The notes below the pieces were generated by a model. It was not told the DNA's origin. It saw only the letters and a program-made list of their open reading frames with translations, and did not search any database. From NCBI RefSeq assembly GCF_022846255.1, contig NZ_AP025682.1: DNA of 64,000 bases; one strand, given 5' to 3'. Both the position numbers and the translations under genes were made by a program. Shown one piece after another: positions 25,515 through 37,609 of the stretch. How positions within the stretch are numbered: position 1 is the stretch's first letter; every line of letters starts with the position of its first letter. The stretch comes from Escherichia coli (GTDB lineage: Bacteria > Pseudomonadota > Gammaproteobacteria > Enterobacterales > Enterobacteriaceae).

Positions 25515-26228
25515 CTAATGAAAAAACCGCGTATGCCTTTGCCAGACAAGCGTTATAGCTATAGTGGCAAGAATCCCAAAGAAGCCGATAAAATAGTAAT
25601 AGAGTGTTAATGCACCTATAAAAGCACAACGAACTGAACTCCATAATTCTTCACTATGGCTTTTTCCTGTCAGTTCAAGGAGCTTATTTCGTCCATGCGA
25701 GATAATGCCTGACCATAAGACAATCATTAAACAACTTATTACCCAAATGGGTCGTTCACTCATTAATGTGGCATTCACGATGATTACCAGGGCCAACCCT
25801 GTCAACGTCATCATAATGATAAAACGGTGAGAACCAGGATCAAATTTAAACAATAGACCTGCCAGCATACTGATTAAAAACATCGATCCCGCAGTGCTGA
25901 ACACGACGATAATGGCAGATACAGGCGCTAAACTCGCAACGACAATCGCCACCAAAGAGATTAAAAACAAATATATTACGCCCGCGATGGCGGTATTTAT
26001 CTTGTTGATATCTTTACTTAAGCCATACATAGAAAGTAATAATAATCCTATAGCAACATACATTTGCGGTGAATCATATTTTGTTGCCGTAATTTCGAGA
26101 TACTTAGCGCCCCAGGCCAGCCCTGCGGTTGCCACCAAACCCAAAGCGGTAATGAGCCATATGCCGTTTAATATCCTGGCTTCGTGCTGAAAATCTACTT
26201 TATTGCTATTTTGCGAGTATGATTCCAT
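25515..26228 (-). CDS. ybhM: BAX inhibitor-1 (TMBIM) family membrane protein YbhM
   Basis: ORF track 25515-26255; 237 aa from MESYSQNSNK; seven predicted TM segments; visibly AT-rich. Confidence 0.88.
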   Translation of the reverse strand: MESYSQNSNKVDFQHEARILNGIWLITALGLVATAGLAWGAKYLEITATKYDSPQMYVAIGLLLLSMYGLSKDINKINTAIAGVIYLFLISLVAIVVASLAPVSAIIVVFSTAGSMFLISMLAGLLFKFDPGSHRFIIMMTLTGLALVIIVNATLMSERPIWVISCLMIVLWSGIISHGRNKLLELTGKSHSEELWSSVRCAFIGALTLYYYFIGFFGILATIAITLVWQRHTRFFH

Positions 26229-26432
26229 TCTTTTAGTTGTCCTTAGAAAAAACATTAATATTCACCATCAATAAATTTAAAACTACGCATACAAAATACT
26301 TTTGCATTTATGGATACAGAAAACGCTTCCACTCGTCCATAAGGCATATTTTATACCTGGTACTTGTTAAGTGTCGTTTTTAATAAGAAAAAAATCCCGA
26401 CACATGGCCGGGATATTGATGGTGAAAAAGAA

Positions 26433-27137
26433 TTAACGGCGGTTGCCGAAGATCCGCAGCAACATCAGGAACAGGTTGATGAAGTCCAGATACAAGGTTA
26501 ACGCGCCAAGAATGGAATATTTGCGCAGGTTCGACGTGTCGCGAGTATCAATCTGCTCACCCATATTTTTCAGTTTCTGGGTGTCATACGCCGTCAATCC
26601 GACAAAGACAATCACGCCGATGTAGGTGACTGCCCACATCAATGCTTCGCTTTTCAGCCAGAAGTTAACCAGCGATGCCAGCACAATGCCGATTAACGCC
26701 ATAAACAGCATATTGCCAAAGCCGCTTAGATCGCGCTTCGTGGTGTAACCGTACAGGCTCATTGCGCCGAACATCCCGGCAGTAACGACGAAAGTACTGG
26801 CGATAGAAGCAGCCGTATAGACAATGAAAATACTGGAAAGCGTAAGACCCGTCAGCGCCGAATAAAGCATAAAGAGCATCGTCGTTACACCTGCGCTCAG
26901 CTTTTGAATCATCGCTGATAACACAATAACCAATGCTAATTGCGCGATGATCAGACCGATTAAAAAGACACGGTTAGTAAACAACAGCTCCATCACGGCC
27001 GCGGAATTAGCCGCATACCAGGCAACAAATGCTGTCAGCAACAAGCCAACGGTCATCCAGCCATAGACTTGCGCCATATAAGTTTGCAAGCCAGCCCGGG
27101 GTTGTACGATTGAATCAGAACGTGGGAATCTGTCCAT
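26433..27137 (-). CDS. ybhL: BAX inhibitor-1 (TMBIM/YccA) family membrane protein YbhL
   Basis: 234-aa ORF; BI-1/YccA family hydrophobic profile. Confidence 0.92.
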   Translation of the reverse strand: MDRFPRSDSIVQPRAGLQTYMAQVYGWMTVGLLLTAFVAWYAANSAAVMELLFTNRVFLIGLIIAQLALVIVLSAMIQKLSAGVTTMLFMLYSALTGLTLSSIFIVYTAASIASTFVVTAGMFGAMSLYGYTTKRDLSGFGNMLFMALIGIVLASLVNFWLKSEALMWAVTYIGVIVFVGLTAYDTQKLKNMGEQIDTRDTSNLRKYSILGALTLYLDFINLFLMLLRIFGNRR

Positions 27138-27236
27138 GACTTTCTCCTGAAGATATAAGGAATATCTTAAGGATACTGCAAAATGATGAGGCTGTGCATC
27201 GACGCAGCGTAAACGTATGTACTGAGCGGTGAAATT

Positions 27237-27263
27237 GCCGGACGCAGCGGTGCCTTATCCGGC
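27237..27263. repeat. REP element between ybhL and moaE
   Basis: gccggacgcagcggtgccttatccggc. Confidence 0.7.
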
Positions 27264-27273
27264 TAACAATAAA

Positions 27274-27726
27274 CTACCAGCGTTTTGCCGCCTGCTGATC
27301 GCTCTCCCGAGCTTCGACCCAGCGGTCGCCTTCCGGCGTGGCTTCGCGCTTCCAGAACGGTGCGCGGGTTTTGAGATAATCCATAATAAACTGCCCGGCT
27401 TCAAACGCACTGCTGCGATGCGCACTGGTAACACCGACAAAAACAATTTCATCGCCCGGCCATAATTCACCAATGCGGTGAATTACCGTGACGCGCCCCA
27501 GCGGCCAGCGGTTACGCGCTTCATCAACGATTTCTGCCAGTGCTTTTTCTGTCATTCCCGGATAGTGTTCGAGGGTTAATGCTTTGACGCTGTCGCCCAG
27601 GTTATGGTTGCGCACCTTACCGGTAAAGGTGACTACCGCACCGTCTTCGTCACGCTCAGCCAGCCACGGGTACTCTTCTCCTACGCTGAACGGCTGCGGG
27701 CCGACAACAATTTTGGTTTCTGCCAT
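27274..27726 (-). CDS. moaE: molybdopterin synthase catalytic subunit
   Basis: 150-aa ORF, last gene of moaABCDE. Confidence 0.96.
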   Translation of the reverse strand: MAETKIVVGPQPFSVGEEYPWLAERDEDGAVVTFTGKVRNHNLGDSVKALTLEHYPGMTEKALAEIVDEARNRWPLGRVTVIHRIGELWPGDEIVFVGVTSAHRSSAFEAGQFIMDYLKTRAPFWKREATPEGDRWVEARESDQQAAKRW

Positions 27727-27727
27727 C

Positions 27728-27973
27728 TTAACCTCCGGTTACCGGCGGGAAGAAAGCCACTTCGTCGCCGTCAGTCAGCGAATGGTCAAAACTCACCAGC
27801 GTCTGGTTGACAGCTGCCAGCAATTTGCCATCTTCCAGCGCCAGCGCCCAGCGATCGCTCTGCGCAGCCAGATGCTGGCGTAACGCTTCAACGGTTGGGA
27901 AATCTGCAGCCACTTCGGTTGCATCTGTTCCCACCAACTCGCGCACCTGGGCGAAAAAAAGAACGTTAATCAT
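27728..27973 (-). CDS. moaD: molybdopterin synthase sulfur carrier subunit
   Basis: 81 aa from [17 protein letters not shown]-terminal GG; ORF track gives a longer upstream-extended frame. Confidence 0.95.
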
Positions 27974-28451
27974 CCGCTTCCACCTTAAAGTCACCCGACT
28001 TGCCGCCGCTCTTCGCCAGCAAACGTACCGGACCAATCACCATATCTTTTTGCACCGCTTTGCACATGTCATAAATGGTCAGCGCCGCCACGGAGGCCGC
28101 GGTTAACGCTTCCATTTCGACACCGGTTTTCCCGGTCAGGCGGCATAAGGTTTCTATACGTACCCGATTGTGCTCCGGCTCGGCCTGTAAATTGACTTCA
28201 ACTTTGCTGAGCATCAGCGGGTGACACAGCGGGATCAGATCCCAGGTGCGTTTTGCCGCCTGAATACCGGCGATACGCGCAGTGGCAAATACGTCGCCTT
28301 TGTGGTGGCGACCATCAATAATCATCGCCAGCGTCTCGCTGCGCATGGTGACAAAGGCTTCGGCGCGCGCTTCACGCACGGTTTCCGCTTTGGCGGAGAC
28401 ATCCACCATGTGCGCTTCGCCAGCGGCGTTGATATGGGTCAGTTGCGACAT
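27966..28451 (-). CDS. moaC: cyclic pyranopterin monophosphate synthase accessory protein
   Basis: 161-aa [22 protein letters not shown]... Confidence 0.96.
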
Positions 28452-28453
28452 AC

Positions 28454-28966
28454 TTATTTCTTCAAATGTGGATGGAAATTACACGGACGCGTACGGGCAT
28501 CCAGCTGCGGCGCAATGATATTTTCCCATGCGGTACGGCACGCTTTGGTCGAACCCGGCATGGCGAAAATCAGCGTTTTGTTAGCGACGCCCGCTACCGC
28601 ACGAGATTGCAACGTGGAAGTGCCAATCTCTTCGAACGACAACATCCGGAACACTTCACCAAAACCTTCAACTTCACGGTCGAACAACGGCAGCAGCGCT
28701 TCGGGAGCCTGATCTCCTTCCGTCAGGCCAGTACCACCCGTAATCAACACCACTTGTACATCGTCGCTGGCGATCCACGCAGATACCTGAGCGCGAATAG
28801 CGTAGCGGTTTTCTTTCACAATGGCTTTATCGACAACGTGATGGCCCGCTTCTTGCGCCGAGTCGCGCAGATAGTGACCGGAGGTATCGTCTTCTTCACC
28901 GCGACGATTAGAAACCGTAAGAATAGCAATACGGGTCGGGATAAATTCAGTGCTTACCTGACTCAT
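28454..28966 (-). CDS. moaB: molybdenum cofactor biosynthesis protein B
   Basis: 170-aa ORF, MoaB/MogA fold. Confidence 0.96.
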
Positions 28967-28987
28967 CTGATCTCTCCTTTTGACGTT

Positions 28988-29977
28988 TTAGCCACCAATG
29001 TACGATAAGTTTTGCGTAATACCGGTGTTATTTTGATGCAGGAAATGGGTCTGTTTTTTCTCCCGCAGCGCCGCTGAAATACGCGCTTCCAGCGCCTGTT
29101 GCTGGGTATCGTCTTCCAGCAGATCGCGCAGGTTAACGCCGCCTTCACCAAACAGGCAGAGATGGAGTTTACCAATGGAGGAAACGCGCAGGCGGTTGCA
29201 AGTGGCGCAGAAGTCTTTTTCATACGGCATGATAAGGCCAATCTCTCCGGCGTAATCCGGATGACAAAAGACTTGCGCGGGACCGTCGCTGCGTTGACGT
29301 AATTGGTGGATCCAGCCGCGACGCAGTAGCTCGTCACGCAGAACCTGACCAGAGATGTGATGCTTACGGAAGAGCTCGCTGCCCTCGCCCGTTTCCATCA
29401 ATTCGATGAAACGCAGCTGGATAGGGCGATGCTGGATCCAGTTCAGAAAGGTGTCGAGCTGATGATGATTAACATCACGCATCAGCACGGTATTGACTTT
29501 GACCTTCTCAAAACCGGCCTCAAATGCAGCATCGATTCCTGCCATGACCTGGTTGAATTTATCCTGCCCGGTAATGGCATGAAACTGGCGAGCGTCAAGG
29601 CTATCAACGCTGACGTTGATGCCAGTAAGTCCAGCATCGCGCCAGTTCGCCACATCGCGTTCCAGACGGTAACCATTGGTGGTGACCGCAATCTGGCGGA
29701 TAGCGTCGTTTTCCCGCACAGCGGCGATGATATCGGTAAAGTCGCGGCGTAAAGATGGCTCACCGCCCGTCAGACGGACTTTTTCGGTGCCAAGACTGGC
29801 GAAGGCGCGCGTAACCCGGCGAATTTCATCGACGGTAAGAAAGCCTTTATTGGTGACGCCGCTCGGTTTGTAGCCATCCGGCAGGCAGTAGGTGCAACGA
29901 AAGTTACACACATCGGTAATCGACAGGCGCAAGTAGTAAAACTTACGCGCAAATGCATCAGTCAGTTGTGAAGCCAT
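28988..29977 (-). CDS. moaA: GTP 3',8-cyclase (radical SAM)
   Basis: ORF track 28988-30058; 329 aa from [31 protein letters not shown] (CxxxCxxC radical SAM motif). Confidence 0.96.
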
Positions 29978-29979
29978 GT

Positions 29980-30125
29980 ACACCTTTCCAGATACGGGAG
30001 GCGAAGTCATTTCTTCCTTCGCCCTGGTGGCAATCTTTACAAGCATTGTCACGGCCAAAGCACCGTATCAGTTGACCCAGGTGCAGAGGCTAGAGTGTTT
30101 AGTGGTTAAGCCGATACTAGCGTGT
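29980..30125 (-). promoter_or_regulatory. moaA 5' leader; expected location of the Moco riboswitch RNA motif
   Basis: Long GC-structured leader directly upstream of moaA; assigned from known biology of the E. coli moaA leader, boundaries approximate and not folded. Confidence 0.5.
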
Positions 30126-30153
30126 AAATGAGATTTTTACCATCCACACTTTC

Positions 30154-30177
30154 GCTATGTAATCATGTATATAGCGT
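30154..30177. promoter_or_regulatory. ModE-like palindromic site in moaA promoter (cgctatgtaatcatgtatatagcg)
   Basis: Inverted repeat CGCTAT...ATAGCG with TAT-rich core resembling the modA operator; moaA is a known ModE target. Confidence 0.45.
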
Positions 30178-30313
30178 CATGATCGTGCTATTTCGCTACA
30201 GAATAAGGGAAAATGGCGGTTTTACTTTGATATACATCATCAGGGATGCATAGCGTGCATCGTCCTTTAGAGGTAGAAGAAAATAGTTTGTATCCTCAAT
30301 ATTGGCAGGTTAA

Positions 30314-31282
<969 letters not shown>

Positions 31283-31319
31283 CACGAAGCCGGAAGAATA
31301 TTCCGGCTTCGTCATCTTG

Positions 31320-33341
31320 TCACGACGCGGCAATAAACAGCTCACGCAACTGATGCAACTGGTCACGAATTTGCGCCGCTTCTTCGAACTCCAGATTCTG
31401 CGCGTGTTGCATCATCAACCCTTCCAGTTCATGGATCTTCTGCTGTAACGCTTTAGGCGACATATCCATCGGCACATTATCCGGTTCAACAATCGGGCGC
31501 GATTTTCCTCTGCCCTTCGCTTTGGTTTTGGCAATGTTCTGCCCCAGCGCCAGGATATCGACCACTTTCTTGTTCAAGCCTTGCGGCGTAATGCCGTGTT
31601 CTTCGTTGTACTTCTGCTGTTTCTCGCGGCGACGTTCGGTTTCGCCAATCGCTTTCGCCATTGATGGGGTGATCTTATCGCCGTAGAGAATCGCTTTACC
31701 GTTAACGTTACGTGCCGCACGACCAATGGTCTGGATCAACGAACGTTCGGAACGCAGGAAGCCTTCTTTGTCAGCGTCGAGGATCGCCACCAGCGAAACT
31801 TCCGGCATATCCAGACCTTCGCGCAGTAAGTTGATCCCTACCAATACGTCGAACTCACCCAGACGCAAGTCGCGGATAATCTCCATACGTTCGACGGTGT
31901 CGATATCTGAGTGAAGATAACGCACGCGCTCACCGTGTTCTTCGAGATATTCAGTGAGATCTTCCGCCATCCGCTTGGTCAGAGTTGTAACCAGTACGCG
32001 TTCGTTAATTGCCGCTCGCTGACGAATCTCCGAAAGAAGATCATCCACCTGTGTTGCCACTGGCCGCACTTCGATAATCGGGTCGAGTAAGCCTGTTGGA
32101 CGCACCACCTGATCCACCACATCGCCACCGGATTTTTCCAGCTCGTAATTACCCGGCGTCGCCGAAACATAGATGGTTTGCGGCGCTAATGCTTCGAACT
32201 CTTCAAATTTCAGCGGACGGTTATCCAGCGCTGATGGCAGGCGGAAGCCGTACTCCACCAGTGTCTCTTTACGCGCCCGGTCACCGCGATACATGCCGCC
32301 AATTTGTGGAATGGTGACGTGAGATTCATCGACCACCAGCAGCCCATCAGCAGGCAGGTAATCAAACAGCGTCGGCGGTGGCTCACCCGGTCCACGACCG
32401 GAGAGGAAGCGCGAGTAGTTCTCAATCCCCGAACAGTAGCCTAGCTCGTTCATCATCTCCAGATCAAACTGGGTACGCTGGGTCAGCCGCTGCTCTTCCA
32501 GCAGTTTGTTGTTTTCCAATAGCACTTTACGTCTGGCGGCCAGCTCTTCTTTGATCTCCTCCATCGCCTGGACGATGCGCTCGCGTGGCGTGACGTAGTG
32601 CGTTTTCGGGTAGATGGTAAAACGTGGAATAGTGGAAACAATCTGCCCGGTCAGCGGGTCAAATAACGACAATCGTTCCACTTCCTCGTCAAACAGCTCC
32701 ACGCGAAGTGCAATGTCATCCGATTCTGCCGGGAAGATATCAATCACCTCGCCACGAACACGGAAAGTACCACGCTGGAAGGCTTGATCATTACGAGCAT
32801 ATTGCAGCTCCGCCAGTCGGCGCAGGATCGCGCGCTGATCGATAATCATACCGACCGTGAGATGGAGCATCATCTTGAGATATAAATCAGGATCGCCCAG
32901 ACCATAAATCGCGGAAACAGACGCCACCACAACCACATCACGCCGCTCCAGCATCGCTTTGGTGGCGGACAAACGCATCTGTTCGATATGTTCGTTTACC
33001 GAGGCATCTTTCTCAATGAAGGTGTCGGAACTCGGTACATAGGCCTCCGGCTGATAGTAGTCGTAGTAGGAGACGAAATATTCCACCGCGTTTTCCGGGA
33101 AGAATTCTTTCATTTCGCCATACAGCTGGGCCGCCAGCGTTTTGTTGGGCGCAAGTACCATGGTTGGGCGCTGAAGGTCAGCAATGACATTGGCAATGGT
33201 GAAGGTTTTCCCGGAGCCAGTCACGCCAAGTAACGTCTGGTGCGCCAGGCCATCTTCCAGCCCCTCTTCGAGACGTCGAATCGCCTCCGGCTGATCGCCA
33301 GAAGGTTTAAAAGCGGAATTCAGTTTGAACGGTTTACTCAT
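31320..33341 (-). CDS. uvrB: excinuclease ABC subunit B
   Basis: 673-aa ORF, Walker A GVTGSGKT, helicase motifs, C-terminal UVR domain. Confidence 0.97.
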
Positions 33342-33415
33342 GAGTCGCTACCTGAAGGAGTTGGGCGGGCAGGTATGTAATTTTACTCGTCGTACTTAAT
33401 TATGCCAACAAATTA

Positions 33416-33435
33416 TACTGGATAAAAAAACAGTT
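33416..33435 (-). promoter_or_regulatory. LexA (SOS) operator of uvrB
   Basis: Plus strand tactggataaaaaaacagtt; reverse complement aactgtttttttatccagta is the known uvrB SOS box (CTG-N10-CAG). Confidence 0.85.
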
Positions 33436-33737
33436 CATCACCATAATATTTCTGTTACAGCGTAAACTCCGCTGTCAATCATGAGCAAAATTTACTCTGC
33501 GGCGAGATAAAACTCCGGCCTTACCGGGTTATCCCCAAAGCAACGGCTTTTTTAACATTTGTCAAGATGATTGATGACAGTTTTATGGCAAGAGATGCCT
33601 GTTCAGTGACTGCCATTGCAATTATCTAACCTGTTAAAAAATAAAAGATATTTCTTTGAGCCGTCTTTAACGCCAATTCGCGTGCAAGCCGCGTATTCTC
33701 TCGCTTGCCTCGTGTTTTCTAACTCTAATACACATGG

Positions 33738-33760
33738 TTATCCACAGGAATAGTGGATAA
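33738..33760. promoter_or_regulatory. pair of inverted DnaA boxes (ttatccaca / agtggataa) in uvrB distal promoter region
   Basis: Consensus TTATCCACA read directly plus a near-consensus inverted copy 5 nt away; fits the DnaA-regulated distal uvrB promoter. Confidence 0.6.
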
Positions 33761-33919
33761 CTGTCTGCAGCCCCTATCCCCCGCCGCCTGGGCAATTCCC
33801 ACATTCACCGCATGATGCGGAGGTAAAATTTTTTTCGTGATTTTTTTAGAATTTAATTGGTTAAATTGCAGTCAATCGGAGACGCGATCTCGCTCACAAT
33901 TTAACCAAGCACAGGATGA

Positions 33920-34597
33920 CTACATTAAGGCAAGATTGATGTACTTTCCGGTTGCCGCATTTTCTGGATTTTCTGCAAGCCAGGGAATTTCGCCCAGCAG
34001 CGGCGCGGGAATCATGCGGGTGAGCGTGGTCATATATTCAGCGTGACGTTTTCCCGGAGGCGTGACATCGTTCGCCACCCACCCCGCCAGAGTCAGTCCG
34101 GCGTGTAGTATTGCCTGCGCAGTCAACATCGCGTGATTAATACAGCCGAGTTTCACGCCCACAACCAGTATCACTGGCAGTTGTTCCTGTGTTACCCAAT
34201 CCGCAAAAGTGAAAGTGTCAGAAAGCGGCGTAAACCAGCCGCCAGCACCTTCCACTAACACCCAGTCAGCCTGTTGTTCAAGCGCGCGTAATCCGGCGCT
34301 CATTACCGATGATTCTATCGGCCTGCCCTCTTGCGCGCTGATGATGTGCGGCGAGGTGGGTTCTGCGAAGGTGTAAGGATTTACCGTTGCGTAATCCAGC
34401 TGCAGGCTACTGTTGCGCTGTAACGCCAGCGCGTCACTATTACGTAAGCCTTTCAGGGTCTTTTCGCTGCCAGAGGCGACCGGTTTGTAACCTGCCGTCC
34501 GGTAGCCTGCTGCCTTTGCGGCTTGTAAAAGCGCGCAGCTGGCGACAGTTTTCCCCACTTCGGTATCCGTTCCGGTGACAAAATAACATTTACTCAC
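33920..34597 (-). CDS. bioD: dethiobiotin synthetase
   Basis: 225 aa from GTG start (M)[16 protein letters not shown] (P-loop); overlaps bioC stop. Confidence 0.95.
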   Translation of the reverse strand: MSKCYFVTGTDTEVGKTVASCALLQAAKAAGYRTAGYKPVASGSEKTLKGLRNSDALALQRNSSLQLDYATVNPYTFAEPTSPHIISAQEGRPIESSVMSAGLRALEQQADWVLVEGAGGWFTPLSDTFTFADWVTQEQLPVILVVGVKLGCINHAMLTAQAILHAGLTLAGWVANDVTPPGKRHAEYMTTLTRMIPAPLLGEIPWLAENPENAATGKYINLALM

Positions 34598-35345
34598 GAG
34601 CAATCACTCCCAAAAAAAGATGATACGTCAGAGGATATCGCCCCTGTTGTTGCGGCCAGGCCAGTTGCAATCGCTGCAACTGCGAACGCGTTAATATTCG
34701 CGGGTCACGCCCTTCATGAAGATGCGTGGCACCGATGCCTTTCAGCGAACGCATAGCACTGAGCGCATCATCAAACCACAGCGTGATGGGCTGAATATGA
34801 TGTTGATAATGCACGGCGTTTAGCGACTGTTCGATTTCATCTGGCGGTAAAAAGCGATTAGCATGCGGACGCTCGTCCACCGCCTGCCACGCCTGATGCA
34901 GTTCGGGTAACGATCCCTGCACCAGCGTGGTAAACGCGACCACGCCTCCGGGGCGCACCACCCGATACAGCTCGCGGAGTGCCGTGGATAAATTACCGCA
35001 CCACTGCACCGCGAGATTGCTCCATGCAAGATCGAACGTCGCAGTCGCTAACGGCAGGGATTCGATATCTCCCGCCAGATAATGGTCTGCGGCATCCTTC
35101 TGGCGTGCCTGAACAAGCATTGGCGGAGAGAGATCTAACGCAGTCACCTGCGCGTGACGCTCTCGCCAGCGGCGGCTCATCCAGCCTGGTCCACAACCCG
35201 CATCCAGTACGTGGGTGTATTTACGCTGTGGGAGCATTGCCAGTAAGGCGTCAGCACTCTGGCGCTGTAGATCGGCGTGTTGCTCATAGTGTGCGGCTGC
35301 CCGTCCAAATGCCGCAGCAATGGCTTGTTTATTAACCGTTGCCAT
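34590..35345 (-). CDS. bioC: malonyl-ACP O-methyltransferase
   Basis: ORF track 34590-35384; 251 aa from [17 protein letters not shown]; SAM-binding DAGCGPG. Confidence 0.95.
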   Translation of the reverse strand: MATVNKQAIAAAFGRAAAHYEQHADLQRQSADALLAMLPQRKYTHVLDAGCGPGWMSRRWRERHAQVTALDLSPPMLVQARQKDAADHYLAGDIESLPLATATFDLAWSNLAVQWCGNLSTALRELYRVVRPGGVVAFTTLVQGSLPELHQAWQAVDERPHANRFLPPDEIEQSLNAVHYQHHIQPITLWFDDALSAMRSLKGIGATHLHEGRDPRILTRSQLQRLQLAWPQQQGRYPLTYHLFLGVIARE

Positions 35346-36486
35346 GCAGCACCTCCAGCAGACGGTCGATATCCTGCATTTCATGCGCTGCGGTTAGCGT
35401 TAAGCGCAGTCGCGCAGTACCAGCGGGTACGGTTGGTGGGCGAATTGCCGTGACCCAACAGCCTTGCTGGCGCAGTTTTTCTGCCAGTTGTAACGCACGG
35501 CTGTTATCACCGACGATCAATGGCTGGATGGCGCTGCATGAGTCAGCAAGCGTAAACGGCAAATCCTGCACTCCGGCACGAAAACGAGTAATGAGTGCCG
35601 CCAGTTTTTCGCGCCGTGCATCCCCCTCATCACTGCGAATGACCGCCAGCGACGCACGTAATGCCTGCGCCTGAGCGGGCGGCATACTGGTGCTGTAGAT
35701 AAGATGGCGAGCGAATTGCAGCAGATAATCCGCCACGGTATCGGAGCAAAGCACCGCTGCCCCGCTGACGCCAAATCCTTTGCCAAACGTCACCACCAGC
35801 AATTCTGGTTTTACCTTTTGCAGCCAGCAGCTGCCACGCCCCTGTTCCCCGATAACGCCCGTGCCGTGGGCGTCATCGACCAACAACCAGCCATCGTGCT
35901 GTTGCGTTACTTGCTGGATTTCCTCCAGTGGCGCACTATCGCCGTCCATGCTGAACACACCTTCTGTCACTACCAGTTGCTGCCCCGGACAGGGGGAAGC
36001 AAGCAGTCGCGCCAGATGAGTGACATCGTTATGAGCAAAACGGCGAAGCGGCGACGGGCTTAAACTTGCAGCCTCCAGCAATGAGGCATGGCTAAGCCGG
36101 TCGGCAACAATACGGTCCTCTTTCGCCATCATCGCGGCAATGACTGCCTGATTAGCCGCAAAACCAGAGATAAACAGCAGCGCCCGCGAATAGCCCAGCC
36201 ACTCGGCCAGTTCTTCTTCCAGCGCCTGATGCGCCACGCTATAACCGCTGACGTGACCGGAGCCGCCGCTACCGACGCCAAATTGATCCGCGCCCTGCTG
36301 CCAGGCACGGATAATTTGCGGGTGATGACTTAAACCGAGGTAATCATTACTGGAAAAGTTCAGATACTGGCGATCATCTGCCACCAGCCAGCATCCGGCC
36401 CCTTGCGCCACCGGATAACGGCGACGCAGGGCATCAGCAGCACGCCGCGCATCGAGCGCCGAATTGATTTTCTCCTGCCAGCTCAT
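35332..36486 (-). CDS. bioF: 8-amino-7-oxononanoate synthase
   Basis: 384-aa ORF, PLP-dependent aminotransferase class II. Confidence 0.96.
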
Positions 36487-37523
36487 AGTGCTGCCGCGTT
36501 GTAATATTCGTCGGTGTCCGGGGTCATTAGTGCCTGCTCCAGACGCTGCTGTTGTTCGTTATCGCCCGCCAGAACGGCGGTTTGTTGCGGATTCAGCCCC
36601 AGTTTGCGGAACAGTTGCAGATCTTTATCTTCTTCCGGATTCGGCGTGGTCAGCAGTTTGCAACCGTAGAAAATCGAGTTTGCGCCAGCCATAAAGCACA
36701 TCGCCTGAGTCTGTTCGTTCATCTGCTCGCGTCCGGCAGAAAGGCGTACGTAAGAGGTCGGCATCATGATCCGCGCTACGGCAATGGTACGGATAAAATC
36801 AAAGGCATCGACATCGTCGTTATCCGCCAGCGGCGTGCCTTTCACCTTCACCAGCATGTTGATTGGCACGCTTTCCGGCGGCGTCGGCAAGTTTGCCAGT
36901 TGCAGCAATAATCCGGCGCGATCTTTCACCGTTTCGCCTAAGCCCACAATGCCACCTGAACAGACTTTAATCCCAGCTTCTCGCACTTTTTCCAGCGTAT
37001 CGAGACGTTCCTGATAGGTGCGGGTGGTGATGATATTGCCGTAAAACTCCGGCGAGGTGTCGAGGTTGTGGTTATAGTAATCCAGCCCGGCATTCGCCAG
37101 GCGCTGCGCCTGAGATTCACTCAACGTGCCCAGCGTCATACACGCCTCCAGCCCCATCGCTTTTACCCCCTGCACCATTTGTTCCAGGTACGGCATATCG
37201 CGTTCGTGGGGATTCTTCCACGCCGCGCCCATACAGAAACGCGTCGATCCCGCCGCTTTCGCTTTGCGCGCCGACTCCAGCACCTGTTCAACTTCCATCA
37301 ACCGCTCGGCTTCCAGCCCGGTTTTGTAGCGCGAGCTTTGCGGGCAATATTTGCAATCTTCCGGACAAGCTCCGGTCTTAATCGACAGCAAAGTGCTGAC
37401 CTGCACCTGACGAGGATCGAAATGCTGACGATGCACCTGCTGCGCTTCAAACAGCAGATCCAGCAACGGTTTTTCAAATAATTCTGTGACTTGCGACAAT
37501 GTCCAGCGTGGGCGGTGAGCCAT
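36483..37523 (-). CDS. bioB: biotin synthase (radical SAM)
   Basis: 346-aa ORF with CPEDCKYC radical SAM cysteine motif. Confidence 0.97.
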
Positions 37524-37563
37524 GGGGCTTCTCCAAAACGTGTTTTTTGTTGTTAATTCGGTG

Positions 37564-37603
37564 TAGACTCGTAAACCTAAATCTTTTCAATTTGGTTTAC
37601 AAG
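37564..37603. promoter_or_regulatory. bio operator (BirA binding site) in the divergent bioB/bioA control region
   Basis: Imperfect palindrome ctcgtaaacc-taaatcttttcaattt-ggtttacaag matches the known bioO except one arm position. Confidence 0.85.
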
Positions 37604-37609
37604 TCGATT

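Noticed and set aside
29980-30125. Calling the moaA leader a separate ncRNA gene
   Set aside because: It is a cis-acting 5' leader, so it is annotated as regulatory; the assignment comes from known biology, not from a computed fold.
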